A stretch of DNA of 47,537 bases from a virus (Duplodnaviria > Caudoviricetes), in the IMG/VR virus record IMGVR_UViG_3300012942_000010, positions 1-47,537 of that record; one strand, 5' to 3'. How positions within the stretch are numbered: the stretch's first letter is position 1; every line of letters begins with the position of its first letter. The translations under genes were made by a program, and so were the position numbers. The notes beneath the pieces are model-generated. The model saw nothing but the letters and a program-made list of their open reading frames with translations, had not been told where the DNA came from and did not search any database. Positions 9,164 to 18,373 of the stretch are shown one piece after another.

Positions 9164-9193
9164 AGACTAAGCCCTCGTGTCTACACTGTCAAG
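9164..9193 (-). promoter_or_regulatory. SigA promoter TTGACA-N17-TAGTCT overlapped by the operator 13-mer (9181-9193)
   Basis: Read directly from the sequence. Confidence 0.85.
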
Positions 9194-9201
9194 TCAGTAA
9201 C

Positions 9202-9229
9202 AAAAAAAGGCCCCGTCCGGAGACGGGGC
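9202..9229 (-). terminator. Intrinsic terminator
   Basis: GCCCCGTC-TCCG-GACGGGGC-CTTTTTTT on the minus strand. Confidence 0.9.
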
Positions 9230-9234
9230 GGTGG

Positions 9235-9480
9235 TCACGATTTCAGGGCGGCAAGCCCTTCGGTGGTGAGGTAGTACCTGGGTGATCGGACCTCAGTGGA
9301 GTAGAAGCCTTGGCGGTCCGAGTACCGGGCTGCGTATCCGAGTTTGACGGCTCGGTAGAGGTAGTTACGGGAACCACCGGATTGCTCTACCTCACCCCTG
9401 GTGGTTCCCGCATCGATCATCGACTCGTAGGGGCGGAGCGCTTCGAGAGTAGTCCGCATCTTAGGTGTCAGCGTTTCCAT
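9235..9480 (-). CDS. Winged-helix-like small protein, leaderless
   Basis: LTPKMRTTLEAL...AVKLGYA...YYLTTEGLAAL pattern; ATG 6 nt after -10. Confidence 0.7.
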   Translation of the reverse strand: METLTPKMRTTLEALRPYESMIDAGTTRGEVEQSGGSRNYLYRAVKLGYAARYSDRQGFYSTEVRSPRYYLTTEGLAALKS

Positions 9481-9486
9481 ACCCCA

Positions 9487-9516
9487 ACGATGCACCTATA
9501 CGCCTACACTGTCAAG
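9487..9516 (-). promoter_or_regulatory. SigA promoter TTGACA-N17-CATCGT overlapped by the operator 13-mer (9504-9516)
   Basis: Read directly from the sequence. Confidence 0.75.
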
Positions 9517-9520
9517 TGTC

Positions 9521-11662
9521 CTACGGAATACAGGCTGTGAGGATGTCTACCATCCGGGTAACACCCTGATACGACGGGTGCACCTGATCACAGGTGAGCT
9601 GGATATCTATGCTGGTCGCGGTAGTAGTTCCGCCCGTAGCGAGTAGCACCCTAACTTCGCTGTCTACGTCTATGACGCCAGAGATACCACACGGAAGCTG
9701 AGACAACCAAGAGTTGAATTGCTTTCGGATAGTCTCCATGGTGGTGGAGTAACCATAGTACGGTGCGTAGTTGATAGCATAAATAGGTACGCTTGTTCCG
9801 ACGATGGCACGGAGATTAGTCAGACATGAGGTCCAGTCCGCTTGGATCTGAGCCAGCGTACGGCTGTTCGCGATATCGTTACAGCCGATAGCGATAATCG
9901 CTGCATCGAAGGATGCGCTACCCGTAGCCTGCCGAGTCCATCCGTTATACGACGAACTAGCCCATGCCTGCGCAAAGCTGCCGTACAAACAATGAGACTG
10001 AACCATGACATCCCCACGGCGGGCGGCCCAACGGTCCAGGAACCGGGTGTGCAACGCTGTAGGGGTCGCGTCTGCACGTGCGCCCGTAGTGCTGGATAGT
10101 GCATAACCCGGGCCCTGCGTGCCTTCGGGAATTGAATCCCCGATGACCATAAAGGCTTTCTTGCGATTCGTGACCTGGTATTCGATAACCCAGTCAATCG
10201 GAATCCATGACGCGGTACTAGCCGCACCTGAACTAGCCGTAGCGGGGTTGACCGCAGATGTTGTGTCAGCCCAACGCCAGCACGAACCGATACCTGTGTG
10301 GGTGGTAGTTGCACTAGCGAAGTGGAAAGCGATACCTAGCAGCCAGTCAGTGTTGTCTATGACCTGGTCACCGGTAGCTGTAATCCACGGAGACGTATAG
10401 TACGTACCGTCACCAGGAATGGTTCCGGAAGTAGCTACAGTGGTAGCAGCACTACCCAGGAAATTACCAGTAGGCCCGACCGTTCCAACGGTCTGAGTCG
10501 TAGCTTGCCCAACAATGAGTTTATCTAGAGTCATTGCTGTTTGGGAGGCTGGTGTCTTGCTCTCGTAGTTGCGTAGCTTGACACGCCACTGCGTGGTGTT
10601 AGCGGGTAGCCTAAACGGAATACGAATAGAACAGTTGGTAAGCGAAAGGGTTGTAGCTGTACCCGCTACCAATAGTGCTTGCTGTCCACCCTGACCGCCG
10701 TTAGACCACGACAATGTTCGGGTAACTGGTGTGGTGCCACTGAACCGAGGATCATCGCCAGCGGCAATAGTTCCACTGGTTGTACCCACCATAGCCGCGA
10801 CCTTTGTAGCGACACGAGTATCGGTGTAGTACTTGTTCGAGGCACCTTCCGGAACAGCATCCGTGCTGCCAGGACTCGGAGAAATCTCGATATACACCGT
10901 GCCGGACCAACGGTAGATTTTACCGGTGTCGTCGGCTACATAGATTTTCCCGGTTGTACCTGTACCCGGGAATGCAGCTAGGTTGGCGTACTCCAGGACA
11001 TCGTCCACGTACGACGGTAGATAAACCGCAGGAACCAACGAACTCGAATCCAACGGCGTGTACCCGTTAGCAGCACCTTTGTTGGCGGTAGATTCCTTAG
11101 CCGCTAGGTCTGCTGTAAGGCCCGTGATATCCGATTCGGCGTGAGTATGGGCACTGGGAGGGAACGTCGACGGTTTGTCTGTAATACCCGTCCACGACGT
11201 TGTACCGGCCGGGCCCGTAGCCCCTGTGTCGCCTTTAGGACCGGTTGCGCCTGTAGCTCCCGTAGGTCCAGCTGGACCGGTGTCACCGGTATCGCCCTTG
11301 GGGCCGACGATCGGAGTACCGCCAGACTCGGCAGGCCACGCAGTACCAGACCAGATATACAGGCTTGTTCCAGCAAGCCAGACATCACCAGCGGTTAGGC
11401 CGGTAGTCGGCAGATCCGCATACGTGGCAACCTGCCCGTGTACCTCTAGCCCGTCGCCCTGAGGTCCCGTAGGGCCTGTATCACCCGTGTCACCCTTGGG
11501 GCCTGTGGCACCAGTAGGGCCTGTCGGCCCGGTAGCCCCCGTGGGCCCTGTAGGGCCGACCGGTCCCGCTGGACCGGGGTAAGGAACCATTAGCCCACCA
11601 GAGACCGGAGATGCGTCTCCTACTTCCGGAACCTCCGGGGGAAGACTGATAATGTCTGTCAC
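9521..11662 (-). CDS. Tail fibre/minor tail protein with collagen repeats and C-terminal SGNH hydrolase
   Basis: Gly-X-Y runs; IGDSI, GCND and DQVHP SGNH blocks. Confidence 0.85.
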   Translation of the reverse strand: MTDIISLPPEVPEVGDASPVSGGLMVPYPGPAGPVGPTGPTGATGPTGPTGATGPKGDTGDTGPTGPQGDGLEVHGQVATYADLPTTGLTAGDVWLAGTSLYIWSGTAWPAESGGTPIVGPKGDTGDTGPAGPTGATGATGPKGDTGATGPAGTTSWTGITDKPSTFPPSAHTHAESDITGLTADLAAKESTANKGAANGYTPLDSSSLVPAVYLPSYVDDVLEYANLAAFPGTGTTGKIYVADDTGKIYRWSGTVYIEISPSPGSTDAVPEGASNKYYTDTRVATKVAAMVGTTSGTIAAGDDPRFSGTTPVTRTLSWSNGGQGGQQALLVAGTATTLSLTNCSIRIPFRLPANTTQWRVKLRNYESKTPASQTAMTLDKLIVGQATTQTVGTVGPTGNFLGSAATTVATSGTIPGDGTYYTSPWITATGDQVIDNTDWLLGIAFHFASATTTHTGIGSCWRWADTTSAVNPATASSGAASTASWIPIDWVIEYQVTNRKKAFMVIGDSIPEGTQGPGYALSSTTGARADATPTALHTRFLDRWAARRGDVMVQSHCLYGSFAQAWASSSYNGWTRQATGSASFDAAIIAIGCNDIANSRTLAQIQADWTSCLTNLRAIVGTSVPIYAINYAPYYGYSTTMETIRKQFNSWLSQLPCGISGVIDVDSEVRVLLATGGTTTATSIDIQLTCDQVHPSYQGVTRMVDILTACIP

Positions 11663-11982
11663 GCTTTGGGTTCCAATCGCTTAACGTTTCCGATCACCAA
11701 TACGTGATCAGTAGCCGGGCTAGTGGTTGAATCAATAGTCACGAGCCGGAACGGCGTACGGTCCGGCATTAGGTCAGCCACCGTAGATTCAATCTTCAGG
11801 TAAGCCACGTCGTCAGTGATGATGAAGTTCCACTTTGTAGACCAGGTGGAATCGGTTCCGTCTTGGAACTCGTAATACAACGTGCGGCCGGAAGGCCACG
11901 CGGGGAGCCACTGGTACGACCATTCGAAGTCATCTCCGGTAATCAGGTTCAGAAGCTCGACTTTTACGTCACGTCCAGCCAT
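11659..11982 (-). CDS. Minor tail-associated protein
   Basis: Position in the tail module; AAGGA RBS; overlap with the next gene. Confidence 0.7.
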   Translation of the reverse strand: MAGRDVKVELLNLITGDDFEWSYQWLPAWPSGRTLYYEFQDGTDSTWSTKWNFIITDDVAYLKIESTVADLMPDRTPFRLVTIDSTTSPATDHVLVIGNVKRLEPKA

Positions 11983-11991
11983 AGTTAGTCC

Positions 11992-12165
11992 TTAGATATA
12001 AATACAAAAGTCTGGACAATCGCACATGCTCAGAATCGTTCGGCGTGGCGAACCGTCTTCCCAACGAGCCAGAATGTTTATGTGATACCTCTGACCGCGA
12101 AGTACCCACGTATTACCTTCGCGGGTACCGCGTAGTTCTAGCTCATCAGCCGTAATATCAACCAC
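11992..12165 (-). CDS. Hypothetical protein (57 aa)
   Basis: GTG ORF filling the gap and overlapping the upstream stop. Confidence 0.5.
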   Translation of the reverse strand: MVDITADELELRGTREGNTWVLRGQRYHINILARWEDGSPRRTILSMCDCPDFCIYI

Positions 12166-12478
12166 TGATCTGATAACCCAGCATTCCGAGAGACAGTGCG
12201 TAACAGCCTTCTACGTACTCCGGTGTAATCGGAGCTTCATGGAGTACATAACTGCCCGCCCGACGCTTCATCGAACCACTCGGAGCACCTGTCTCCGTAG
12301 CAGCGTGAAGGGTAACTTCACCCTCGGTGTGTTTCTGTGGGACGGTTACCGTCACAGTGACGTATTCGTGGTCTACGCGGTCAAACTTCCACGGGGGATC
12401 TAGCCGGTAACACCTGGTTAGGTGATTAGCTCCGGCGTACCCGCCTACTTCCTTGATATGAATAGTTGCTGTAGCCAT
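12158..12478 (-). CDS. Hypothetical tail-region protein
   Basis: AGGA RBS before MATATIH. Confidence 0.7.
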   Translation of the reverse strand: MATATIHIKEVGGYAGANHLTRCYRLDPPWKFDRVDHEYVTVTVTVPQKHTEGEVTLHAATETGAPSGSMKRRAGSYVLHEAPITPEYVEGCYALSLGMLGYQISG

Positions 12479-12486
12479 TGGGATTC

Positions 12487-13434
12487 CTAAGCATGAGGAG
12501 ATGAGATAATCCATCCACGACCGTTGGCACCGTTCCCACCACGGCCGGTTGCTCCACCAGCGGAGAATTTACCTCCGCCACCTCCACCACCACCGGGGAA
12601 ACCACCGGGGCCGCCGTTACCGCCGCCAAAGTTGCCACCGCCCCCGCCTCCACCACCGGAACCGGGGCCTATTTGACCCGCTGGGCAGTCATTACCCGCA
12701 CCGCCATCACCACCCGCACCCCAAGCGGAATGCGCGCCAGCGGTACCACCAGAGGTCAAATAACCGTTGCCCCCATTAGAGGCAAAGTATCCGTTGTCAT
12801 CTCCGCCACCCTGACCGCCGTTAGCGGCCCATTCCGGATGAGTTCCTGAACCGGTGCTGGGTGGTGAGTTAGTACCCCCAGGACCACCCCCAGCCGTGAC
12901 AATAGAGCCGATGACTGTAGGGCTACCCGGGGAACCATCGGTGTTATCGGTTGTTGCACCAGCGCCCCCCGCACCGATAGTGATAGCTACCGAGCTAGGC
13001 ATACTCGCATCCGAAACAGTGGCTTCGGCGTAACCACCTTGCCCACCACCGAATCCGCCATTAGCGGATGCGGTACCGGCGTACGGGGACCTACCACCAC
13101 CCCCACCAGCGATAGCAATACATCTATACGTCGAAAGAGCCGGTGACGGTTTATTCCAGGTATCGTTAGAGTTGTATTCGGCGATCTGGTCGCCGGACTC
13201 TAGGATAGTGATTCGGTTCTCGTGGTTCGAGAGAACAACAGATTGCCCACCGATAGGGCCGGTAACCTGTGTTTGAACAGAGTTTTGTACATTCGTGTAG
13301 CTCTGGACTACTCCGCCAGACATGATTGCTTTAGCGGATGTCTCGGTAAGTCCTTGACCGAATGTTCCTACAGTGCCATTACTACCCCCGAGAACAAACG
13401 AGCCATCGGGGGCTGTAATACCAGGGGTAGTCAT
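12487..13434 (-). CDS. Glycine-rich minor tail protein
   Basis: GGGGGG runs; GANGRGWI end. Confidence 0.85.
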   Translation of the reverse strand: MTTPGITAPDGSFVLGGSNGTVGTFGQGLTETSAKAIMSGGVVQSYTNVQNSVQTQVTGPIGGQSVVLSNHENRITILESGDQIAEYNSNDTWNKPSPALSTYRCIAIAGGGGGRSPYAGTASANGGFGGGQGGYAEATVSDASMPSSVAITIGAGGAGATTDNTDGSPGSPTVIGSIVTAGGGPGGTNSPPSTGSGTHPEWAANGGQGGGDDNGYFASNGGNGYLTSGGTAGAHSAWGAGGDGGAGNDCPAGQIGPGSGGGGGGGGNFGGGNGGPGGFPGGGGGGGGKFSAGGATGRGGNGANGRGWIISSPHA

Positions 13435-13773
13435 TTACTCCCCTTTGATAGCCTCTTCCGCAGCTTTGCGGTAGGTTTCTACTTTGTGGTTGATAGTGTC
13501 GATACGATCTGACATGCATTCGAGCTTTCTGCCTTGCTCGAACTGAACGGCTTTGACATCAGTCATTCCCGTGATGATTTTGTCAATGTCTTCACGTAGA
13601 TTTGTTTCGTGGGTGTTAGCCACGTGCTCTTTGATCTCTTTAAGATCAGCTTTAGTATCTGCGCGCGTTTTACGCCCGCCCAGGTATCCGATTAGGGCTA
13701 CGAGCACGGGCGCTACAACGAACAGTGTCAAAAGCCATATAGGAGCACCTTCAGGCAATGTCATTTCTGCCAT
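13435..13773 (-). CDS. Lysis-cassette membrane protein (DUF2746-like)
   Basis: One TM helix, then NTHETNLREDID. Confidence 0.75.
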   Translation of the reverse strand: MAEMTLPEGAPIWLLTLFVVAPVLVALIGYLGGRKTRADTKADLKEIKEHVANTHETNLREDIDKIITGMTDVKAVQFEQGRKLECMSDRIDTINHKVETYRKAAEEAIKGE

Positions 13774-13776
13774 TGC

Positions 13777-14025
13777 TCACTGGTTCTTACCAGCGGAGGC
13801 GACACCCTGCCCTAGCTCGACAACCGCCTCAGTGGCCGACTCGATAAGCGGCTCGTTCTTGGCTAGCCACACCTTTACAAAGGTAAGTACACCGAGAGCG
13901 GCGGTAACACCGGTGGTAACCGAAGCGGGAAGGTGCGCAGACTCACTCAGAGCTGTAGCACCGACCATGAGCAGAACGCCAATAAAAGCCTCTACAGCCT
14001 TCATGTACTGGCCGATCTTAGACAT
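13777..14025 (-). CDS. Holin
   Basis: Two TM segments directly after the lysin. Confidence 0.75.
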   Translation of the reverse strand: MSKIGQYMKAVEAFIGVLLMVGATALSESAHLPASVTTGVTAALGVLTFVKVWLAKNEPLIESATEAVVELGQGVASAGKNQ

Positions 14026-14034
14026 TCAAGTTCC

Positions 14035-15141
14035 TTATTTAGCTAGACCGACAACGCCGGTAGGGTTCCAGTACAGAGTCCCGTTTTCGAAGGTCTGCAT
14101 CTTTCCCCCGTCGTAATCCACTTCCAGCCCTGTAGGCCACCCATACGGGGATTTCTCCCACCCGAGCGAAGACCAACGGTCATAAATCACACCGTGGACG
14201 TAAGAACCGGCAGAACCGTTCTTGCGGTACAGGACACCACCCTGGAAAGCCTGAATATCGCCATCGGCGGTGTGGGTGTAATCAAGAGTCGGGTAACCCA
14301 GGGCCCCCGCCTCCCAGCCATACCCGGCGTACGACTCGAACAGGGTGTTCGGGATAGCGTGTGCACCCGTCGACGGGTGCCAATACACGTATCCGTTGTC
14401 GAACTGAGTGAACCGGCCGACACCGTCAGGGCAGACCTGTTCACCACGGGTCAACCGGTTACCAAGCCAGGCATTAGCCTGGTTGGCCGCATACGCGTCA
14501 ATCTGATTCACCACCGGTGCACCAATTCCTAGGGCTAGTGCTAGTTCGTCCGAGGACATCGGAGCTGTATTCATGTCGCACGGACCGAACGGAGCACAGC
14601 CCATAGGCAAGCCCTGACCGGCACCGTAAATACCGTCTGTGTACTGGTGACCTAGCTGTCCGACTAGGCTAGGGTTAGTGCCGTATCCGGCACCGATCAT
14701 CCGCAAACCATCCGGACGTGTACGCCACATGGAATTAAAATCGCCAGCGTTGGCGTACCCGCAGACACGCTTAGGGTCTCCCGTGTAATCAGCGAGGGCC
14801 CAATACGTACGGTTAATCCAGTCGCTACCGTCACCACCCGGATTACCGCCCGACTCTACGTCAAGCATTAGTGCAACCTTCGGATGCAGACCACCATTGG
14901 AATTGATCATGTCAATCATGGTGTTGGCGGTATCCGACCAGTTCGGGCGAAGGTACGCGTAGATAATTCCGACCTTCAAACGGCCCGAGTCCAGGGCTGC
15001 ACGCATCCATCGGTAGTTCTGAGCGAAATTGTGATCACGGTACGTACCATCGTTCGTGCGAATCGCTAGAACGTCGTACGGGTAAGCATCGTTCACCGGG
15101 ACCTGAAACTCTGAGACATCAGCCCAGAAACAATCAGTCAT
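14035..15141 (-). CDS. Lysin A: GH25-type muramidase plus LGFP repeats
   Basis: WADVSEFQ and MLDVES; C-terminal GWEAGALGYP and QTFENGTLYW repeats. Confidence 0.9.
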   Translation of the reverse strand: MTDCFWADVSEFQVPVNDAYPYDVLAIRTNDGTYRDHNFAQNYRWMRAALDSGRLKVGIIYAYLRPNWSDTANTMIDMINSNGGLHPKVALMLDVESGGNPGGDGSDWINRTYWALADYTGDPKRVCGYANAGDFNSMWRTRPDGLRMIGAGYGTNPSLVGQLGHQYTDGIYGAGQGLPMGCAPFGPCDMNTAPMSSDELALALGIGAPVVNQIDAYAANQANAWLGNRLTRGEQVCPDGVGRFTQFDNGYVYWHPSTGAHAIPNTLFESYAGYGWEAGALGYPTLDYTHTADGDIQAFQGGVLYRKNGSAGSYVHGVIYDRWSSLGWEKSPYGWPTGLEVDYDGGKMQTFENGTLYWNPTGVVGLAK

Positions 15142-15745
15142 TGTGCCTCTTTAGAATGCCGTTACGTGCCTGCCCGCGCTTCTCTGCGCGGACAACACGG
15201 GCGTATTCGGTTTTGTCTTCGAGGTCACGGAGATAAGTGTTTACTTCCGTGACCGTGTGCTCATCCGGATTGAATTCCGGAGGAAGGTCTAGCGGGTATT
15301 CCACATAACCCTTAGGTGCCTCCGGCTCAGGATCGTTCACCTTGTAGCCGAGATACCTGAGCCGCTCGACCTGTGCCTCACGTTCATGAACGGTCATAGC
15401 GGCCGGGTCCTGAATAACCACCGGTTCCGGCTCTACCTCATCCATCGGCGCATACCGACCTAGAGGGTTGTATGCCGATTGCTGGCCCCTGTAGGGCCTC
15501 ACAAGCTTCTTTTCCTGCTTGGGTAGGTTGTTTACATGGACCATGCCGTTTTCATCCGCTAGAGCGCGAACCTGGTCTACATGTACGAACCCACACTCTG
15601 TGAGATGAGTAGAAATCTGCTCACCCAGGTTGCGGGGCAGGACCATAGGGTTCTTACCTACAACCGGCACATACATAAGTGCCCAGAGAATTGCCTCTTC
15701 AGGCTTCGTAGGGTCGCATGATGCCTGAGTAGGAATACCGCTCAC
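15134..15745 (-). CDS. Minor tail protein (DUF2744-like)
   Basis: IPTQASCDPTKPEEAILWAL motif of actinophage tail modules. Confidence 0.8.
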   Translation of the reverse strand: MSGIPTQASCDPTKPEEAILWALMYVPVVGKNPMVLPRNLGEQISTHLTECGFVHVDQVRALADENGMVHVNNLPKQEKKLVRPYRGQQSAYNPLGRYAPMDEVEPEPVVIQDPAAMTVHEREAQVERLRYLGYKVNDPEPEAPKGYVEYPLDLPPEFNPDEHTVTEVNTYLRDLEDKTEYARVVRAEKRGQARNGILKRHND

Positions 15746-17406
15746 AGCACACCCAATTCCTGAGTCATAGAGAAGATATCCTTAATCATTTCCATGCCCT
15801 TAACTACGGGGTCCTCAATGGCACGGGCACCGATAGTGATTTTGAACCCGGGTGTCGTATCCCTGGAGCCACCTAGTACAAGCTCCGAGACTTGGTCAAC
15901 CCAGACTTGCCCTGGTTGACCAAAGCCTTTGACGGTTAGTCCGATACGGGTACCGATGTCACAGTTTCCGTATCCCAGGGCACCTACACGAAGTCCCTCG
16001 ATACCGTCAGCTATTTCGATAGTGTGGGATATCTGCTCGCGGGTTCTCCACATTCCCGAGCGGAGTGCTACTAGGGCTGAGAGCGTGTACGCTCGGTCGC
16101 TGCCATCGCAGAAAACCTCGTGGAAATGGGACCAGCCCAAATCACCGGCACGGGCGATGTCTTTCCACTTCATAAACGCTAGGACTGTGTCCGTGTACAG
16201 CGGTTTAAGAATGGCGTCAGCCGCACCGCCAATAGGTGGTACAAAAAGTGCAGCGGCTATTAGGTCACCGGCCATATTAACGGCTGCTGAGATAAGTTCG
16301 TTCACTCCCGGCATTGAGTGACCACCAGCCACAAAGCCAACGTCAGTAGCAGGTTTCCACTTGAACGAACTTGACTGAATAGCGGTGTGCTCACCGTCCC
16401 GGAGAATGATTCCGGGTGCCTGAGGGAGTGACCCTAGGAATCCCGGAGTTGAGTATTCATCCGGAAAGCTAGGGTCGGAGATAACGTCGATACCCTGAGT
16501 CATTCCGTCGCCTGCGATTGTGGTAAACGCACGCTCTAGACCGGTGAATATATTCCCACCGAACGACGTTTCAGTAGTCCAACCAGAGTTATCGACCAGG
16601 TCCCAAACCAGAGTTCCGTTGCGGAGGTTAGCTCCGGGCCATGGCTCCGGGTCTCCCGTAAGCCAGCGACGCGGCATCCAACTAAGCTGAGCGTCGGCAA
16701 CGATCTTTTTGCTAACGTCGTGCATCGTTTTAAACCGGCTGTAGCCGATACAGAAGTTCGAGTTATCATCCTCGATTTTCAGAGGAGCAACTACCTGTGA
16801 CCAGTTAGACATCGTTGTCGTGTCGAACCAAGCGGGGTTACTTGGGTCTAGTGGGTCATCGGGTAGTGTCCACGCAGATGTTTCGAGCCTCATTAGGTTT
16901 ACCAGAAGCGTTAGCTTCAGTGCCCACTTAGACGGCCCAAAAAGAATCCAAATGCGCGGAAATTGCAATTCCGGGGGCAGGAACGGATTCGAGAATGCAA
17001 TTATGTGCTTTAGGTGCTCATAATCGTGTAGGAAGGTGGCAACAATGGTGCGGTTGCCTGTGTTATCCTTCTTAACCTCTATCTCGTCAAGGGTTCCGGA
17101 CCAACGCATACCCCGGTAATTCACGACGATGAAGACGTTCTTTTGACCGGCCCTGGACTTAGCGTCAGTCATCCATTTAGACAGGAAGTACGAAGCGGGT
17201 AGTTCTACCTGTCCTAGACCGGTCTCGTTGTCGAGACGCTGGAACGAATACGATATTTCCCGATGGACATCAGAGACTAGGTTCCAGTCCCCATCGTAGA
17301 TAAGCATCTCCGGGGGAGCTTCCCGGCGTTCTTCGTCCTCTTTCAGACGAGAGACAATGTCCTGAAATACGGCTTCATAGTCGATAGTCGTAGTAGTCGC
17401 AGTCAT
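15742..17406 (-). CDS. Minor tail (hub) protein
   Basis: YDGDWNL, NPFLPPELQFPRIW and GGHSMPGVNE motifs; start uncertain. Confidence 0.88.
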   Translation of the reverse strand: MTATTTTIDYEAVFQDIVSRLKEDEERREAPPEMLIYDGDWNLVSDVHREISYSFQRLDNETGLGQVELPASYFLSKWMTDAKSRAGQKNVFIVVNYRGMRWSGTLDEIEVKKDNTGNRTIVATFLHDYEHLKHIIAFSNPFLPPELQFPRIWILFGPSKWALKLTLLVNLMRLETSAWTLPDDPLDPSNPAWFDTTTMSNWSQVVAPLKIEDDNSNFCIGYSRFKTMHDVSKKIVADAQLSWMPRRWLTGDPEPWPGANLRNGTLVWDLVDNSGWTTETSFGGNIFTGLERAFTTIAGDGMTQGIDVISDPSFPDEYSTPGFLGSLPQAPGIILRDGEHTAIQSSSFKWKPATDVGFVAGGHSMPGVNELISAAVNMAGDLIAAALFVPPIGGAADAILKPLYTDTVLAFMKWKDIARAGDLGWSHFHEVFCDGSDRAYTLSALVALRSGMWRTREQISHTIEIADGIEGLRVGALGYGNCDIGTRIGLTVKGFGQPGQVWVDQVSELVLGGSRDTTPGFKITIGARAIEDPVVKGMEMIKDIFSMTQELGVL

Positions 17407-18323
17407 TACCACAACCCCATCGGAGTCGGCCACGCACGGCGCATACGGAGCTGTATTCCAGCACCAATGGGAGCACCGGTCACAGAGACCGGCAGTACGA
17501 TCGGATGCTGTTTAGTTCCGGTGTATTCGGTAACTCCGTACATGAACCGAACACCGTTCATGCGCATGTAGTACATGGTGTCCAGAGACGAATTGAACTG
17601 GCCGTTTTTAGCGTCCGGGTCAACGTCAACCAGAACGTGTTCACCCTCGATAGTGGGGGCCATTACAATACGTCGGGTAGCGTCTGCACCGTCCGGCCGA
17701 TCGTGCTTAGCCTCTTGACCAAAGCTGTAATCCGGGATAGTCCATACGATCCCCGCTGTACCCTGAAACATCCATTGCGGGTACATAATGATCGGAGTTT
17801 CGTTGTACAGGTTAACGGTGCCGTTTTCGGTACCTCCACCCGTGGTATCCGTAGTTGTTTCGTACGAGGATGTATCAACAGGCTCGTACCACCACGGATC
17901 ACCCGCTACGACTTCCATAGTGACCTTGGCGTATTGAGACCTGCCGGGGTCGATAGTGGGGCGCATATCCGAGTTCTTGGATAGCCGAACACACAGATAC
18001 CGCCGAGACGATTCCGTCTCATACCAGATCTTTGATTCCCGGTCGGTTCGGAACGCTCGGATAAAGTCGCTCCAATTCTTCTCCCACGTGGAGCCGGGAG
18101 TTTTCAGAATATGGACATCGAATGTCAGGGTCCGCTTATCAACGCGAGACCCACCGTAGTCGGCTCCGTCCTGAAACGCCGTGGAATTCCAAAGCGTTGA
18201 CGTAGGTGCGTACCAGAATCCGGAAACATCCTCAGCTAGCCACACACCCCGGTCACCTTTGCCGCGACCGATCAAAGTCCAGAATTGCCCATCCCAAGAC
18301 TCGACTTGAATAATGGTATCCAT
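17406..18323 (-). CDS. Distal tail protein
   Basis: Follows the tape measure gene; GDRGVWLA...AGDPWW. Confidence 0.85.
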   Translation of the reverse strand: MDTIIQVESWDGQFWTLIGRGKGDRGVWLAEDVSGFWYAPTSTLWNSTAFQDGADYGGSRVDKRTLTFDVHILKTPGSTWEKNWSDFIRAFRTDRESKIWYETESSRRYLCVRLSKNSDMRPTIDPGRSQYAKVTMEVVAGDPWWYEPVDTSSYETTTDTTGGGTENGTVNLYNETPIIMYPQWMFQGTAGIVWTIPDYSFGQEAKHDRPDGADATRRIVMAPTIEGEHVLVDVDPDAKNGQFNSSLDTMYYMRMNGVRFMYGVTEYTGTKQHPIVLPVSVTGAPIGAGIQLRMRRAWPTPMGLW

Positions 18324-18373
18324 TTAAACCTTAGGAATATGAGGCCCGTAGGTTCGGCCTACGGGCCTATTAC

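Noticed and set aside
11200-11580. Short tandem nucleotide repeats
   Set aside because: Explained by collagen Gly-X-Y coding.
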